From: Meyerozyma guilliermondii
Taxonomy: Eukaryota
Assembly: GCA_051546255.1 (NCBI GenBank)
Contig: CP128820.1
Coordinates: 186,001 to 250,000 of the forward strand
Reading direction: 5' to 3'
Length of the DNA: 64,000 bases
A program made the translations under genes and the position numbers. The notes under the pieces were generated by a model that was not told the origin of the DNA, made no database searches, and saw nothing but the letters and a program-made list of their open reading frames with translations. Positions 33,001-43,214 of this stretch are shown piece by piece (position 1 is the stretch's first letter; each line of letters opens with the position of its first letter).

Positions 33001-33992
33001 TGAAGAACATTGACGCCCAATTCCAGCTCGATATCGCTGATGAATTCTTCCAAGACAGGACTATTGTTTTCAGCCTGGAGACCAAGTAATGTGTGCCTGA
33101 TAACTTTGAGCCCAAAAGAGTCAACAGCACGCAAAACGGCGGCATCCTTGTCTACCACAGGTACAACCTGTTCACTGTTTTTGAAGTATTCTGGAGTATT
33201 AACACTCAGTAAATCGGGGTCTTCCTTTGAGGCATTGGCTTGGTGAAACAATGGACGTAAATCAGACGGAACATCATGTTCCAGGATCGAGTCTTGGTTG
33301 AATATCTTGGTGAGTCCATCTACGCCTAGAATGTCCAAGTGGTTGAAAACTTTGCGCAACACACGAGCACTCTTAGCTCTGGCTAAATAATGTGAAAATT
33401 TATCTTCGTTCAGCATCAGCTTTGATAAAAGAATAGCATATGTTCTATCGTTCGGCTGGACATGGGGAAATCTCGTAGTGGTTTCTTCAAGATAAGATTC
33501 CAATTCAGATATCGTAATGTCTTCTTGTGCCAAGCCTTCCAAGTATCGATTGAGAGAGAACAAGAAATCATCCAGTGACGGCGAAATGGGGTAGATTGCT
33601 TTAAGGATTTTATCGGCTCTGTCAAAGTTTTTGCTTGCTAGCAAGGCATCAAGAAGTGATTGTAAATGAACAATGTCCTTGGCGAAAGGAGAACGAGACA
33701 CTGGATCGTAGCGAGATGACCAAGCCACAGATTGACGTTCTTTTTCGGAAATGTTGTCAAGAGTCTTTGAATTGATGTTTGAAAATGCCTTGTTGTGCAC
33801 TCCGTTTCTATTAGGCAAATCTTTTTTGTTTTTAAGGTCTTCTAGAACAGAGTCATAAATGCCAAACCGATCAGATTTATGAACTGTGGTTGATGCAACA
33901 GATGGAGACTTGAGACCTCCGTTTGATTTGTGGAGATTCCTTGTTAGTCCACGTCTCAAGGCGATGCTATGTCGATGCATGCCACGTAACAT
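30081..33992 (-). CDS. RPO41: Mitochondrial single-subunit (T7-like) RNA polymerase
   Basis: DFRGRAYP, HQDGTCNGLQHYAAL, RKVVKQTVMTNVYG, FPPNFVHSLD, VHDSYW. Confidence 0.98.
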   Translation of the reverse strand: MLRGMHRHSIALRRGLTRNLHKSNGGLKSPSVASTTVHKSDRFGIYDSVLEDLKNKKDLPNRNGVHNKAFSNINSKTLDNISEKERQSVAWSSRYDPVSRSPFAKDIVHLQSLLDALLASKNFDRADKILKAIYPISPSLDDFLFSLNRYLEGLAQEDITISELESYLEETTTRFPHVQPNDRTYAILLSKLMLNEDKFSHYLARAKSARVLRKVFNHLDILGVDGLTKIFNQDSILEHDVPSDLRPLFHQANASKEDPDLLSVNTPEYFKNSEQVVPVVDKDAAVLRAVDSFGLKVIRHTLLGLQAENNSPVLEEFISDIELELGVNVLHNVKGHKKDYFAVYRSLKSDEQRQKFNEALDLFNESRQRQLELRGVDGAREKWKHEYEEMQKRGAFAIHKNLNVQLFKWYSDMLPYVEKEAKICRKIVAGELDVKDCKPEEAAQMKERSYYAPYMILVPPKKMAVITILELLKLNSTGGIVDGMRTARAVISVGKALELEYKSQNLVEAERRSLSKKLKTTNQWKKILRTRKDYSKENPNATNEWDYPIYAKVGSVLTSLLMHVAKVSVKGTDPVTGKQVKTMQPAFHHTYQFLQGQRLGVLKVHKSLIRQLAGNALSNAVQPQLLPMLVPPRPWVAYNDGGYLFSQNNIIRIKDSAETNAYLKAASDMGNLDQVYEGLNVLGETCWTINHEVFDVISHYWNSGEKFLDIPSIVEELDIPPPPPIDADPLQKTDYQRRLRQLMNDAASARSQRCDTNYRLEIARAFLGEKLYFSHNVDFRGRAYPLSPHFNHLGNDMTRSLFLFWDGKKVGARGLEWIKIHLANLYGINKAPLHERVQFVDDNLHHIIESAKNPLAEDAWWKKAEKPWQVLGVCFELKRAYDLEDPTEHISHLPIHQDGTCNGLQHYAALGGDFEGARQVNLIPADRPQDVYSFVASLVQKRVDAEAEAGNEYALFLRDKITRKVVKQTVMTNVYGVTFVGAVAQIQKQIDQYFSKEDQDKVADYSRYLTMLVFASMRELFSGAHLIQDWLGEAAKRISKSVRTDAEENPVQSSDKPSHLSSVIWTTPLGLPCVQPYRVTKKQIVHTNLQDIVISDPFGASQVDARKQQSAFPPNFVHSLDATHMLMTARACGQLGLAFAAVHDSYWTHACDVDTMNTHIREQFVALHGENLIVKLRDEFEKRYKGFLQVITIPGNHEVAIKIKEVRRGIVKDLGRALTVADEIYLENKRQQLLESDDPQMVEAGRQMVTTVSVTEGYDMNAIAVGASASKATQVLAPLTFPSIPPKGELDVKAVMDSPYFFS

Positions 33993-34187
33993 TATCTGGT
34001 AAATAATGCGGATGTGTTGTAAGGCAAAAGAAATGTAGCTTGGAAAAAAAAATCAGCCTGCAGATGATTTAGTATGGGGATGCGAGATGACCTTACATAA
34101 AGTAGTGAGACAGAAAGGTATGGCAATATGAAGGATTCCTACAAGACTTAACGTAAATTATCATTGGTTCGTATCATATACTAAACT

Positions 34188-34850
34188 CTACAACCCCATC
34201 TCTGCCTGCAATGCCTTCAATTGCTCTTCGTCCTCGTCGTCCTCTGTGGCTGGTTTGTTATTAGCTACATCAGGGAAATGTGGCAATCTTTCCTCTGCCA
34301 GCGGCACAGGCTTGGACACAACCTTCTGTTTCTTCTCTTGTTGCTCCTCCTCTTGCAACATCGCCAACTCTTCGTCCAACTCGTCCTCATCGACATACTC
34401 GGTACCCACCGGCCTAGATATGGCATCGGAAATCTCATCTGCCAATTCCACTTGCTCACGAATGTCGTCCATAGTAGTCTCCACTTTGTCTACATCGTAC
34501 TCGCCGTGGATCTGCTTCATGGCTTGGGCGCCCTGCTTCATGGCCTTCATGGTTTCCAAGTTCAAGTTGGCGCCCTCAATAGAAGTTAATTGAGTCTCCA
34601 ATGTATCGATTTGGTTCTCAATCTTCATCAAGTTCGTTTCGTATCCCTTTTTACGCTTCAAAGCATTCTTGGCGAGTGCCTTGTTGGTGGATATGTGCTT
34701 ACGAGCCAACGCATCTTGGTCAGCAATTTGCAGCTCAAGATGGCTCCTCTTCTTGTGAAGCATTTGAATGTGCTCACGCAACTCCACAATGGCCTTCTTG
34801 GGAAGCTCTTTTTTCTGCTTGTTGTTCCCTCCAAATAGATAGTTCCACAT
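34188..34850 (-). CDS. SNF7: ESCRT-III subunit Snf7/Vps32
   Basis: [40 protein letters not shown]. Confidence 0.96.
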   Translation of the reverse strand: MWNYLFGGNNKQKKELPKKAIVELREHIQMLHKKRSHLELQIADQDALARKHISTNKALAKNALKRKKGYETNLMKIENQIDTLETQLTSIEGANLNLETMKAMKQGAQAMKQIHGEYDVDKVETTMDDIREQVELADEISDAISRPVGTEYVDEDELDEELAMLQEEEQQEKKQKVVSKPVPLAEERLPHFPDVANNKPATEDDEDEEQLKALQAEMGL

Positions 34851-35056
34851 CGTCAGCAGATATATTTATGAGCTTTGAAAATGCAAGATAATTCTACTGC
34901 TGGTGATCAACTCCGGCAGCCAGCAATCGATTATTGTTTGCGAAAGCGTGAAAACGGCCAATTAAACCAATTAAATATTCAGAAGTGTCAACTTTAGAAT
35001 TAGTTGCCACAGTAATATCTCTCAAACCAAGGTAGTTCGAAGCTTCCAGGCAATTG

Positions 35057-35135
35057 CTACGGTTAGTCTGAGCTCAGTATTTACTGTATAGGCCACCCTT
35101 AGCTTCTAATAGTGACTGTTCGATGAATCACGTAC
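35057..35135 (-). other. Candidate spliceosomal intron (79 nt) in untranslated sequence between SED5 and SNF7
   Basis: Minus strand AAG|GTACGT ... GACTAAC CGTAG|, with the same branch-to-AG spacing as the TUB2 introns. Confidence 0.6.
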
Positions 35136-35278
35136 CTTGAGTATTTATCAGTTACCTTATCAATCCTTCAAAATCGTTTTTGGTGACGCCAGCACCCAAA
35201 CACCCGGCCTGTAATATGCTGGTTGTATTAATGCTACAGATGTAACTAGTTTATGACCTCTATAACAGCCCCACAGCT

Positions 35279-36298
35279 CTAACTCACCAATACCCACAAG
35301 AAGAAGAACACGATCAAAACCCCAAAGATTTTGAGAAACAACCACCGGTTACTCAGGATATGGGCATAGTATTTGAGAAGTTCACGCTGGGCTCCAGTTA
35401 TATTGAAGCTAATGTCTTCTACGTTTTGGTCGATTCGTTGTACCACCTCTCCCTGCTCGCTAATCATCGTGGTGAGTTGTTGGAAGAGATTTCCCACCTC
35501 GTTGATCGACGACTCGATCAAGTCCACGGCAGCGTTTCTCTCCTGTAAGTATTGATTGTCCTGCTGCTCCATAAGAAGCATCTGGCGTGTTTGGTCCGGT
35601 ATTGTCAAGTACTCGCCATTATTGTAGTTGGAGTATGGAATGGACGTATCGGGGTCCAAGTCGGGGTCATATGGAAGAGGCGATTCGCTTCTGTGGGCTT
35701 GGCCCAGAAATGGATTCTCGCCCAAATGAGTAAGGTTATTGGCGTTGGGCAGTACCGATCCCACCGAAGCTCCGGCTACAAGTGGCGATTGGTTATGACT
35801 CGACCGAGTGTTGGACGCGGCGGAGAGGAAGTTTTCGGTTCGGGATTTGTTAAGAAGCTCGTTTTTCTGTCTGGTTTCAAGCACGGTTTTAAATTCTCCA
35901 CTTATGTTCTTCATCTTCGTGTTGAGAAGGTTCAACACATTCTTGGAGTATTGGTTGATTTGCGAATCAACTTGAATCGAAGATTCGCCCTTGACATACT
36001 TGCCGAGATTCTGTATGCTTTGCTCGATTTTAAACAAGTCCTGCTTGATCACATAGGTGAGTTCGCCTATCTCAATCGGCTTGTCGTCGAATAACGGCTT
36101 CCGCTTCGCTAATAATGCTAATTTACTCAAAAGTTCGGTGGTGTGGGCAATGTCTTTGGCAATAATACTTGCTTGCTGGCTGAACTTTGATTTTTTAGGA
36201 GGCAATACCACAGTATCTGGATTCGGCTTTCTGTTGAGCTTGTCAAATGTTGCCACACATTGCTGGAACTCATAGGTTCGGTTTTGTATCGTGGTCAT
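35279..36298 (-). CDS. SED5: cis-Golgi t-SNARE syntaxin Sed5
   Basis: IQNRTYEF N-peptide, LAKRKPLFDD, SNARE motif EQGEVVQRID, C-terminal TM. Confidence 0.96.
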   Translation of the reverse strand: MTTIQNRTYEFQQCVATFDKLNRKPNPDTVVLPPKKSKFSQQASIIAKDIAHTTELLSKLALLAKRKPLFDDKPIEIGELTYVIKQDLFKIEQSIQNLGKYVKGESSIQVDSQINQYSKNVLNLLNTKMKNISGEFKTVLETRQKNELLNKSRTENFLSAASNTRSSHNQSPLVAGASVGSVLPNANNLTHLGENPFLGQAHRSESPLPYDPDLDPDTSIPYSNYNNGEYLTIPDQTRQMLLMEQQDNQYLQERNAAVDLIESSINEVGNLFQQLTTMISEQGEVVQRIDQNVEDISFNITGAQRELLKYYAHILSNRWLFLKIFGVLIVFFFLWVLVS

Positions 36299-36492
36299 GG
36301 CACTGTCACAAGCAACACGGTGCGATTTTGAGAGTTTGCACCTGTAATTTCACCTGCAGTACAAAACCCACCGGGCGTGCGCACACCGTCCTTTCTCCAG
36401 TGGGAACCTCCCGTCTATCAGGGTCGTGCCGCGGCGGTTCTCAAAAGTACGAAATCTAAACAAATAAAGACACGCTCCGTTACACACCTTCG

Positions 36493-38094
36493 ATGAGAGA
36501 AATTGTAAGTATATTGCAGGATGCCTAAATGTGTCCATGTACCCGTGTGTGCACACAAAAGACAGAAACTAACTCCAGATTCACTTGTCCACCGGCCAGT
36601 GTGGAAATCAAATTGTAAGTACAAAGATCGAGAAATGATTTGTCGTTGAAAATGAAATATATTTATGATGGCCGAATCCTGAGCGACAAAACGTACCAAT
36701 GATGACCAGAAAAATTGCCTGTGTGGCTAGATGGCGCGTTTATTGAACGTATACACAGAAATCGTCTTATCTTGAACTTATACTAACTACAGGGTGCCGC
36801 CTTTTGGGAAACCATATGTGGTGAACATGGCTTGGACAACAGTGGAAACTACCAAGGTGTAGATGATATTCAAAGGGCAAAGCTCGATGTCTACTTCAAC
36901 TCTGCTTCGTCTGGTAAATACGTTCCTCGAGCCGTCATGGTTGATCTTGAACCAGGAACCATTGACGCCGTGAGATCATCCCATATTGGAAACTTGTTCA
37001 GACCCGACAATTTCATCTTTGGCCAGAGCTCGGCCGGTAATGTCTGGGCTAAGGGTCACTACACTGAAGGTGCCGAACTTGTGGATTCGGTGTTGGAAGT
37101 GGTGAGAAGAGAAGCTGAAGGTTGTGACTCTTTACAAGGTTTCCAAATTTCCCACTCATTGGGTGGAGGTACCGGTTCTGGTATGGGTACTTTGTTGATT
37201 TCCAAAATCAGAGAAGAATTCCCCGATCGTATGATGGCAACTTTCTCCGTTGTCCCCTCTCCTAAATTGTCCGATACCGTGATTGAGCCATATAATGCTA
37301 CTTTGTCCGTGCATCAATTAATTGAAAACTCCGACGAAACCTTCTGTATCGATAACGAAGCCTTATACAACATTTGTCAAAAAACTTTGAAAATGGACCA
37401 ACCAGGCTACAACGAATTGAATAATTTGGTGTCGTCTGTGATGTCTGGTGTTACCACATCTTTGCGTTTCCCGGGCCAATTGAACTCCGATTTAAGAAAG
37501 TTGGCCGTCAACTTGGTTCCTTTCCCAAGATTACACTTCTTTATGGTTGGCTACGCACCATTGACATCTATCGGTTCCAAATCTTTCAGATCTATTAGTG
37601 TTCCTGAGTTGACACAACAAATGTTCGATGCTAATAATATGATGGCCGCTTCTGACCCTAGAAATGGTCGTTACTTAACAGTGGCTGCTTTCTTTAGAGG
37701 TAAAGTGTCGGTCAAGGAAGTAGATGATGAGATGTATAAAGTCCAAACCAAGAACTCGGCCTATTTCGTGGAGTGGATTCCAAACAATGTGCAAACTGCA
37801 GTTTGTTCGGTACCACCTAAAGATTTAGATATGGCTGCAACTTTCGTTGGTAACTCCACATCCATTCAAGGACTTTTCAAGAGAGTGGGTGATCAGTTCA
37901 GTGCGATGTTTAGAAGAAAGGCTTTCTTGCACTGGTATACATCCGAAGGTATGGATGAAATGGAATTTACTGAAGCCGAATCGAACATGAACGATTTGGT
38001 GAGCGAATACCAACAATACCAAGATGCGGGTATTGACGAAGAGGAAATTGACGAGTACGCTGATGAAGCTCCTTTGGAGGAACCAATGGAGTAA
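36493..38094 (+). CDS. TUB2: Beta-tubulin, three exons: 36493-36504, 36579-36614, 36793-38094
   Basis: Exon 1 MREI, exon 2 [12 protein letters not shown], exon 3 [13 protein letters not shown]...GGGTGSG; both introns are phase 0. Confidence 0.98.
36505..36578 (+). other. TUB2 intron 1
   Basis: GTAAGT ... AACTAAC TCCAG. Confidence 0.93.
36615..36792 (+). other. TUB2 intron 2
   Basis: GTAAGT ... TACTAAC TACAG. Confidence 0.95.
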
Positions 38095-38348
38095 GGTTGA
38101 TGAATGAGCATATTTTGGTATAAATGCTTCAAATGGTGAATGGTAGATATAGCTCCTCGTACACCAGTGTCCTTCTTTTGACACAATACCCGTGATTGTC
38201 TATTTCTGTCTCTAATTCTGATTAATGGATTTATTATAAAACTCTGGTGTAGTTGTTGTATTGACTACCATATATTCGTATATGACTTTGATCTAAGTGG
38301 CCGGCACAAGTCGGCGAATGACTTTCATGTGTTCTTGTTTTCATTACT

Positions 38349-38714
38349 TTAGTTTCCCCTTAAGAAATTCTTGACAAAGTCGTTTTTGTCTCCAAATTGA
38401 GTGTCACCTTGGTTTTCAAAGTACTTCATGACATGACATTGTTGCTTCCAAAAGTTGATCAACTCCTGAAATTCCATCTGACCTTTCATATACAACACAT
38501 TGGATATTTCTAAGTCCTTTACAAATCTTTGTCTCTCGAACTCTTGTCTAATTTTGGTCTTAACATTGGAAACTGGCATGTCCAATTCGTAAATATTAGA
38601 CATTTCCCTTGAATATCTCATGTACTTTCTGTATAAATGCAAAACACGCTTTCTCATCTCAGCACTCGATGCTGAACGACGAGTGGTCTCAGCAAACTCG
38701 GTTGCCAAAGTCAT
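38349..38714 (-). CDS. Complex I LYR-motif accessory subunit (NDUFA6/NB4M, 14.8 kDa)
   Basis: RVLHLYRKY (LYR motif), KIRQEFER, KGQMEFQELINFWKQ, FVKNFLRG; plausible ATG at 38714. Confidence 0.9.
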   Translation of the reverse strand: MTLATEFAETTRRSASSAEMRKRVLHLYRKYMRYSREMSNIYELDMPVSNVKTKIRQEFERQRFVKDLEISNVLYMKGQMEFQELINFWKQQCHVMKYFENQGDTQFGDKNDFVKNFLRGN

Positions 38715-38824
38715 TTTTGGAGGTGGTTCTTGTGTTGTAATAAAAACGATCGTGGTTGGTCGCACCAATGCCGGGTAACGACCTTGTTGAAGTAGATTGT
38801 GGTTTTGTGCAGGTCCAACGGCTG

Positions 38825-41800
38825 CTACTTTAGTGTCTTCAAGATAGTTTGAAGTAAAGTACCTTTTGGTTCCAAAAGCTTGATAAACCGACAGAGCTCG
38901 AAGCACCAGTCCCATTTGTTTGCGTCGGAGAGTACTTTGATGATTTTTAAGATAATTTCCTTGTCGTTTGCATCTAGCTTGTGAGTCGCGGCATTGACTT
39001 CGTCTTCCTCTCGTTTGTAGTTCAAATAGACGTTCAAGTAATTATAGCATAGCTCAACATTGTCGTTTGCTATGAGCCTCTTCATGAAAATAATGGGGGT
39101 TGTGTCGAGTGTTTTGAAGAACAAATCCCAATATTCAACCTCTATCTTTCTCAAACAATTGACGTAGATCGACTCTGAATCGTCCAAAGTTTCGATTACT
39201 GCAACAACCCTTCTCAAAAACTCCTCGTTTTGGTCAAACGTTAGGTACTTGAATAGCAAGAGCTCCAAACAGTAATCAAAGTTCTCGTATTGCTGAAACA
39301 TCTTGCAGATAAGAGCTGTCAGCTGATGCTGAACAACTTCCTTTTCGATAAAATCATTGAGAACAAGCTGGCGATTAGTTCTCGTTTGAAGGAAGAGGTG
39401 GCTCTGCCGAGAAAACAAGTCTGTTCGCAAACCAATCAAGTCTATGGATTTGAGACCGTCAAGTTTATCATTAATTACCTCCTCAATCGTTATCGGCATG
39501 AAAGAATCTGCTTTCAAGCGAATAGCTTCAGGTGCCATGGATCCAGGACCATTTGCAATGTCCAGTTCAACACCCAAATCAACATCACCTATTCCAGAAT
39601 CAACAAGTCGCTTGAGGTCATAGATGAACACATGACTACAGTTCAACATAGTGACATATTTCACAGCATCTTGACCGAAGCCTAGCGTCTTAAACTTGAA
39701 AAAGGAAATGGTATCATGAACTTGAACAAGTTCATACATGTGAGCTGGACGCAAAACATCAATGGGAGATGGATCCGTAGGCTGCTCAACTGTTGAAACA
39801 CTTCTTAGCATGTAAAGCTCGCCCGAGCCAAGCAAGAAAAGGAAATGCTGGTCGTAAATCATACTCACTTGGACGACTTTTGAGACCGCTAGCTTGCTTT
39901 CAATCGCGGAAAGATGTACTGTTTTATGAAACCGCATATGTAATTTGGGGTGCTTGGTCATTTCCCTGAAGTTGTTCTCTGCTTTCGGTTTGTTCTTGGA
40001 GAATTCAATGACTAAAATTTTCAGATCACTAGTAACACAAGTTAACATTTTGCCCGCATTGCCAGAGTTACTGAGGTCGTGAGCGATGATTCGATTATTG
40101 AAGGACCTTTTCCACACTATTCTGTCCGAATCAAATACATATTCCAAGCCACCTTGGCCATATTTGGACATGATTGTGTCCATAACAATGATTTCGTCTA
40201 TTTCGGAACCATCATTATTGAACCTGTTGATAACCACAAGAAAATCGCTAAACCAAAAATGGCCGACGATATTCATTGTCGCAAGAAAGTGATTTTTGAA
40301 ATTGAACCATATTATGTGATTCTTGTCACGATCTTTTCCGCATGGAGTTGAAATGGACAAATGCTCACCATAAGCAAGGGAAAATTGGTTAATGTCATTG
40401 CGACTGATTGTAAGATGACCAGAAGTCGATGTATGATTCTGCGTGTGAATGTTGATATGCTCCATTAGGCTGATGATGTTTTTAAATTTGGCAAGAATTG
40501 GGATCTTGTAAAGAGCTCCATTTGGGTCCAAATAGGAGATATAATTCTGATTATAGAAAAGCTCAGATTGTAGGTCAGGCTGTCTTAACAAATCAATGGA
40601 ATAAAGTTTTGCGGAGTCGCTGTTGATCAATACTACTCGGGAAGCATTGGGAGTAACTATAATCTTGGATGCCTTTAAAAAGTCAGCGGATTCTTTTTTA
40701 GGATCATTGAGTTCGTTGGCAACATGCGATGATTCAAAAAGACGATTACCGAACTTGGATACGAGAGACCAAAAGTTGGTATCATGATCAAGAACGAAAA
40801 AGAATGTGCCACACGGTGACCATGCCACCGATGAGTTGGAGCCATCCAAAGCAACCGAGTGAAGTTTCACGAGTTTTTTCTCGATTGGTGAAAGTTTATA
40901 GATGTCCACTACCAGTTCCTGCTTTATGAGAACCAAATCGCATTGGGGATTGAACTGACATCGAATGCTTTCCACCTTTAAACTCATAACCTTTTCTGCA
41001 GAGACAAGCGTTTTTTCCTCCTGAAAGTCAAGTTGCATGAACCATACTTCGTTGTCAGCGTTGAGAAACAAAAAGTAATTGTCGAATTTGTTGAATGCAA
41101 GGTACTTTATGGCAGATCCTCCTTGATACCATTCAAAGTCTGACAACTCAAACATGTTGCTCTTGAAGGACTTCAAATCAACTATTTGGAAGTAGGCCCC
41201 CACAGAATCGGCCTCACGTTCGTTTTTATCATTATAAACCACTAGGTGATGCAAATTTGGAACGAGCCAAAAATTTGATATACCAAGCCCTATTTTGACA
41301 ATTTTGAAAACCGAGATTTTAACAGGGTGAATCTCCGAGCCCCCCAACTCGTCCTCGATTGGTCTATTGTTGAAATGTTCTATGTTTTCTAAGTTGAGCG
41401 TGGCGGCGGATGAACCCAGTAAGATCGAGAGGGTTGCTGATTTCATCAACGATGAGAGAGAAAACTTCGAAGAGTTCAAGCTCAATGGAAGCCCTGATTG
41501 AATCACTTCATTTGTATCTCTGCTGGACAATTCGTATAAGGATTTCGAGTAATCTATTGAAACTTGGTAGATAATCAAGTAATTTGATTCGGTCTCCACA
41601 AAGAGATTTAACGTCGTAAGCTTTTGTAATTGGGCGGAGTTGATCCCCAAGTGCCTAATTTTGACCAGTTTATTTAGTCCATGCTTCTCTAAAGAATCTT
41701 CAGTTCGTAAATGCTTAGAAAGGAATATCAATGAATTTATGTCATAGATGAAAACTGTCGAATCTGTCAATATTATCAATAGAGACGTATGCGGTATTGC

Positions 41801-41875
41801 TAGTAATTGAAGAGGCTTCAGATCTGGAGAAACAATGGGTCCCAGAGCACTGGGTAGCGAGTCTACCCAAGTCAT
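38825..41875 (-). CDS. RIC1: Ric1, subunit of the Ric1-Rgp1 GEF for Ypt6/Rab6
   Basis: WSPCGT WD-like region; C-terminal IYVNCLRKIEVEYWDLFF and WDWCFELCRF characteristic of RIC1; first ATG at 41875. Confidence 0.85.
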   Translation of the reverse strand: MTWVDSLPSALGPIVSPDLKPLQLLAIPHTSLLIILTDSTVFIYDINSLIFLSKHLRTEDSLEKHGLNKLVKIRHLGINSAQLQKLTTLNLFVETESNYLIIYQVSIDYSKSLYELSSRDTNEVIQSGLPLSLNSSKFSLSSLMKSATLSILLGSSAATLNLENIEHFNNRPIEDELGGSEIHPVKISVFKIVKIGLGISNFWLVPNLHHLVVYNDKNEREADSVGAYFQIVDLKSFKSNMFELSDFEWYQGGSAIKYLAFNKFDNYFLFLNADNEVWFMQLDFQEEKTLVSAEKVMSLKVESIRCQFNPQCDLVLIKQELVVDIYKLSPIEKKLVKLHSVALDGSNSSVAWSPCGTFFFVLDHDTNFWSLVSKFGNRLFESSHVANELNDPKKESADFLKASKIIVTPNASRVVLINSDSAKLYSIDLLRQPDLQSELFYNQNYISYLDPNGALYKIPILAKFKNIISLMEHINIHTQNHTSTSGHLTISRNDINQFSLAYGEHLSISTPCGKDRDKNHIIWFNFKNHFLATMNIVGHFWFSDFLVVINRFNNDGSEIDEIIVMDTIMSKYGQGGLEYVFDSDRIVWKRSFNNRIIAHDLSNSGNAGKMLTCVTSDLKILVIEFSKNKPKAENNFREMTKHPKLHMRFHKTVHLSAIESKLAVSKVVQVSMIYDQHFLFLLGSGELYMLRSVSTVEQPTDPSPIDVLRPAHMYELVQVHDTISFFKFKTLGFGQDAVKYVTMLNCSHVFIYDLKRLVDSGIGDVDLGVELDIANGPGSMAPEAIRLKADSFMPITIEEVINDKLDGLKSIDLIGLRTDLFSRQSHLFLQTRTNRQLVLNDFIEKEVVQHQLTALICKMFQQYENFDYCLELLLFKYLTFDQNEEFLRRVVAVIETLDDSESIYVNCLRKIEVEYWDLFFKTLDTTPIIFMKRLIANDNVELCYNYLNVYLNYKREEDEVNAATHKLDANDKEIILKIIKVLSDANKWDWCFELCRFIKLLEPKGTLLQTILKTLK

Positions 41876-41972
41876 AAACAGTTGCAAACAAGAAGTAACA
41901 AAGTGGCCGTATCGCGTAGCGAAAAGCAAAGATCAGGATGTAATCACTTCGAAGTATTATTCTGTAAAATAC

Positions 41973-42065
41973 GGGCGTGTGGTCTAGTGGTATGATTCTC
42001 GCTTTGGGCTTGCTGGAAACAGCTAAGTTTGTGAGAGGCCCTGGGTTCAATTCCCAGCTCGCCCC
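41973..42065 (+). tRNA. tRNA-Pro(UGG) with 21-nt intron (42009-42029)
   Basis: GGGCGTGTGGTCTAGTGGTATGATTCTCGCTTTGGG-[intron]-TGTGAGAGGCCCTGGGTTCAATTCCCAGCTCGCCCC; A and B boxes, 72-nt mature length, followed by an oligo-T Pol III terminator. Confidence 0.97.
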
Positions 42066-42258
42066 AATTTTTTGAATCGAGAACTGAAGAATGAAGAATT
42101 AAGAAATGAAAGAATGAATGGCATGAGAGACTGATATTAGGACCTTGAGCAAAACAATTGACAAATCATTAAACTACATGTTCATTTGTTTCTTCTTTTT
42201 TACCGCTTCTACATCATGCTAATATTTGTACATTAATGATGAAATATAACCCAAAATC

Positions 42259-43013
42259 TTAACGGTAAGACTTTTGGAATCTGGCTCTGGCACCACGACC
42301 ACCGAACTTCTTTGGCTCCATTCTTCTGGAGTCAGCAACCAACAAAGTCTTGTCGTAAGATGCGAACACCTTCTTCAACTCGTTCTTGGAAGCCTCATCA
42401 ACGTATTTTTGGTGGTAAGCAATCAAACCCTTGGCGATAGCTTGTCTGATGGCGTAAACCTGCGACACATGACCACCTCCAGACACTTTAACTCTGATGT
42501 CGATGTTTTGGAATTTGTCCAAGCCGACCAAAGTCAATGGCTCGTAAACCTTGAAACGCAAGATTTCTGGTTGCACCAAGGTGATTGGCGAACCGTTAAC
42601 CTTGATCAAACCCTTACCGGCCTTAACGTGGGCAACGGCGGTGGCGCTCTTCTTCTTACCAAAAGTCTGAGTTAGTAAAAGATAATTATGAAGTCTTGAG
42701 TGGGGAACTGAGAATATGAATAAGTGGACGAATCTGATGTACAACTGAATCCATGAAGCAAATTTGGATGATTTCCACGATTCTATTTTCAATATTAAGG
42801 TTCGGATTATCGTATACGTGTCACTTGGTCATCATTTTCATGGGTTTTTGATGTATTTCAATGTATGATTCAAATGGATTAACTGCCCTTATAACGAATA
42901 TGATCCAAATTGCTCCAGGGATCTCAACCTACACTCATTCCATATGACGGTCTGCCTTACAGCTTTACCTCCACTTTTAAAATTGCACATACCTGTACTG
43001 ATGGGGTGGACAT
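42259..43013 (-). CDS. RPS16: 40S ribosomal protein uS9 (S16), exons 43013-42993 and 42666-42259
   Basis: Exon 1 MSTPSVQ; exon 2 [10 protein letters not shown]...GGGHVSQ...RARFQKSYR. Confidence 0.98.
42667..42992 (-). other. RPS16 intron (326 nt)
   Basis: GTATGT ... TACTAAC TCAG on the minus strand. Confidence 0.95.
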
Positions 43014-43214
43014 TGTAGCTCTCTGGTAAAAAAATTTGTGAAAGTGAAAAACTGGCCGCGCCAAACTCCTGCATCTTGAGCGGACCGACAGTTACACACC
43101 GGCGGCGGTTACGCTGGCAGAGTGCACGTGAGACGTGACTGGCCCGCGGTGCGCGCAGCTGCAGTAAAATTTTCAAGATTACTTTTTTACCTTCTCAAGT
43201 GAACACATTAGAAA
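43014..43214. promoter_or_regulatory. Bidirectional RPS16-RPL13 promoter with CACGTG (Cbf1-type) E-box
   Basis: CACGTG 43125-43130, adjacent GACGTGAC, CGCG elements, AAAATTTT tracts. Confidence 0.6.

Noticed and set aside
38159..38168. GTACACCAGT, and TGGTGCACTGGTGC near 47196, resembling a short telomeric repeat or telomerase template
   Set aside because: Matches are too short or imperfect, the repeat unit is only recalled, and there is no supporting RNA structure; the first lies in a 250-bp convergent UTR gap.
42700..42840. Box C-like ATGATGA inside the RPS16 intron
   Set aside because: No downstream CTGA D box or recognisable rRNA guide.
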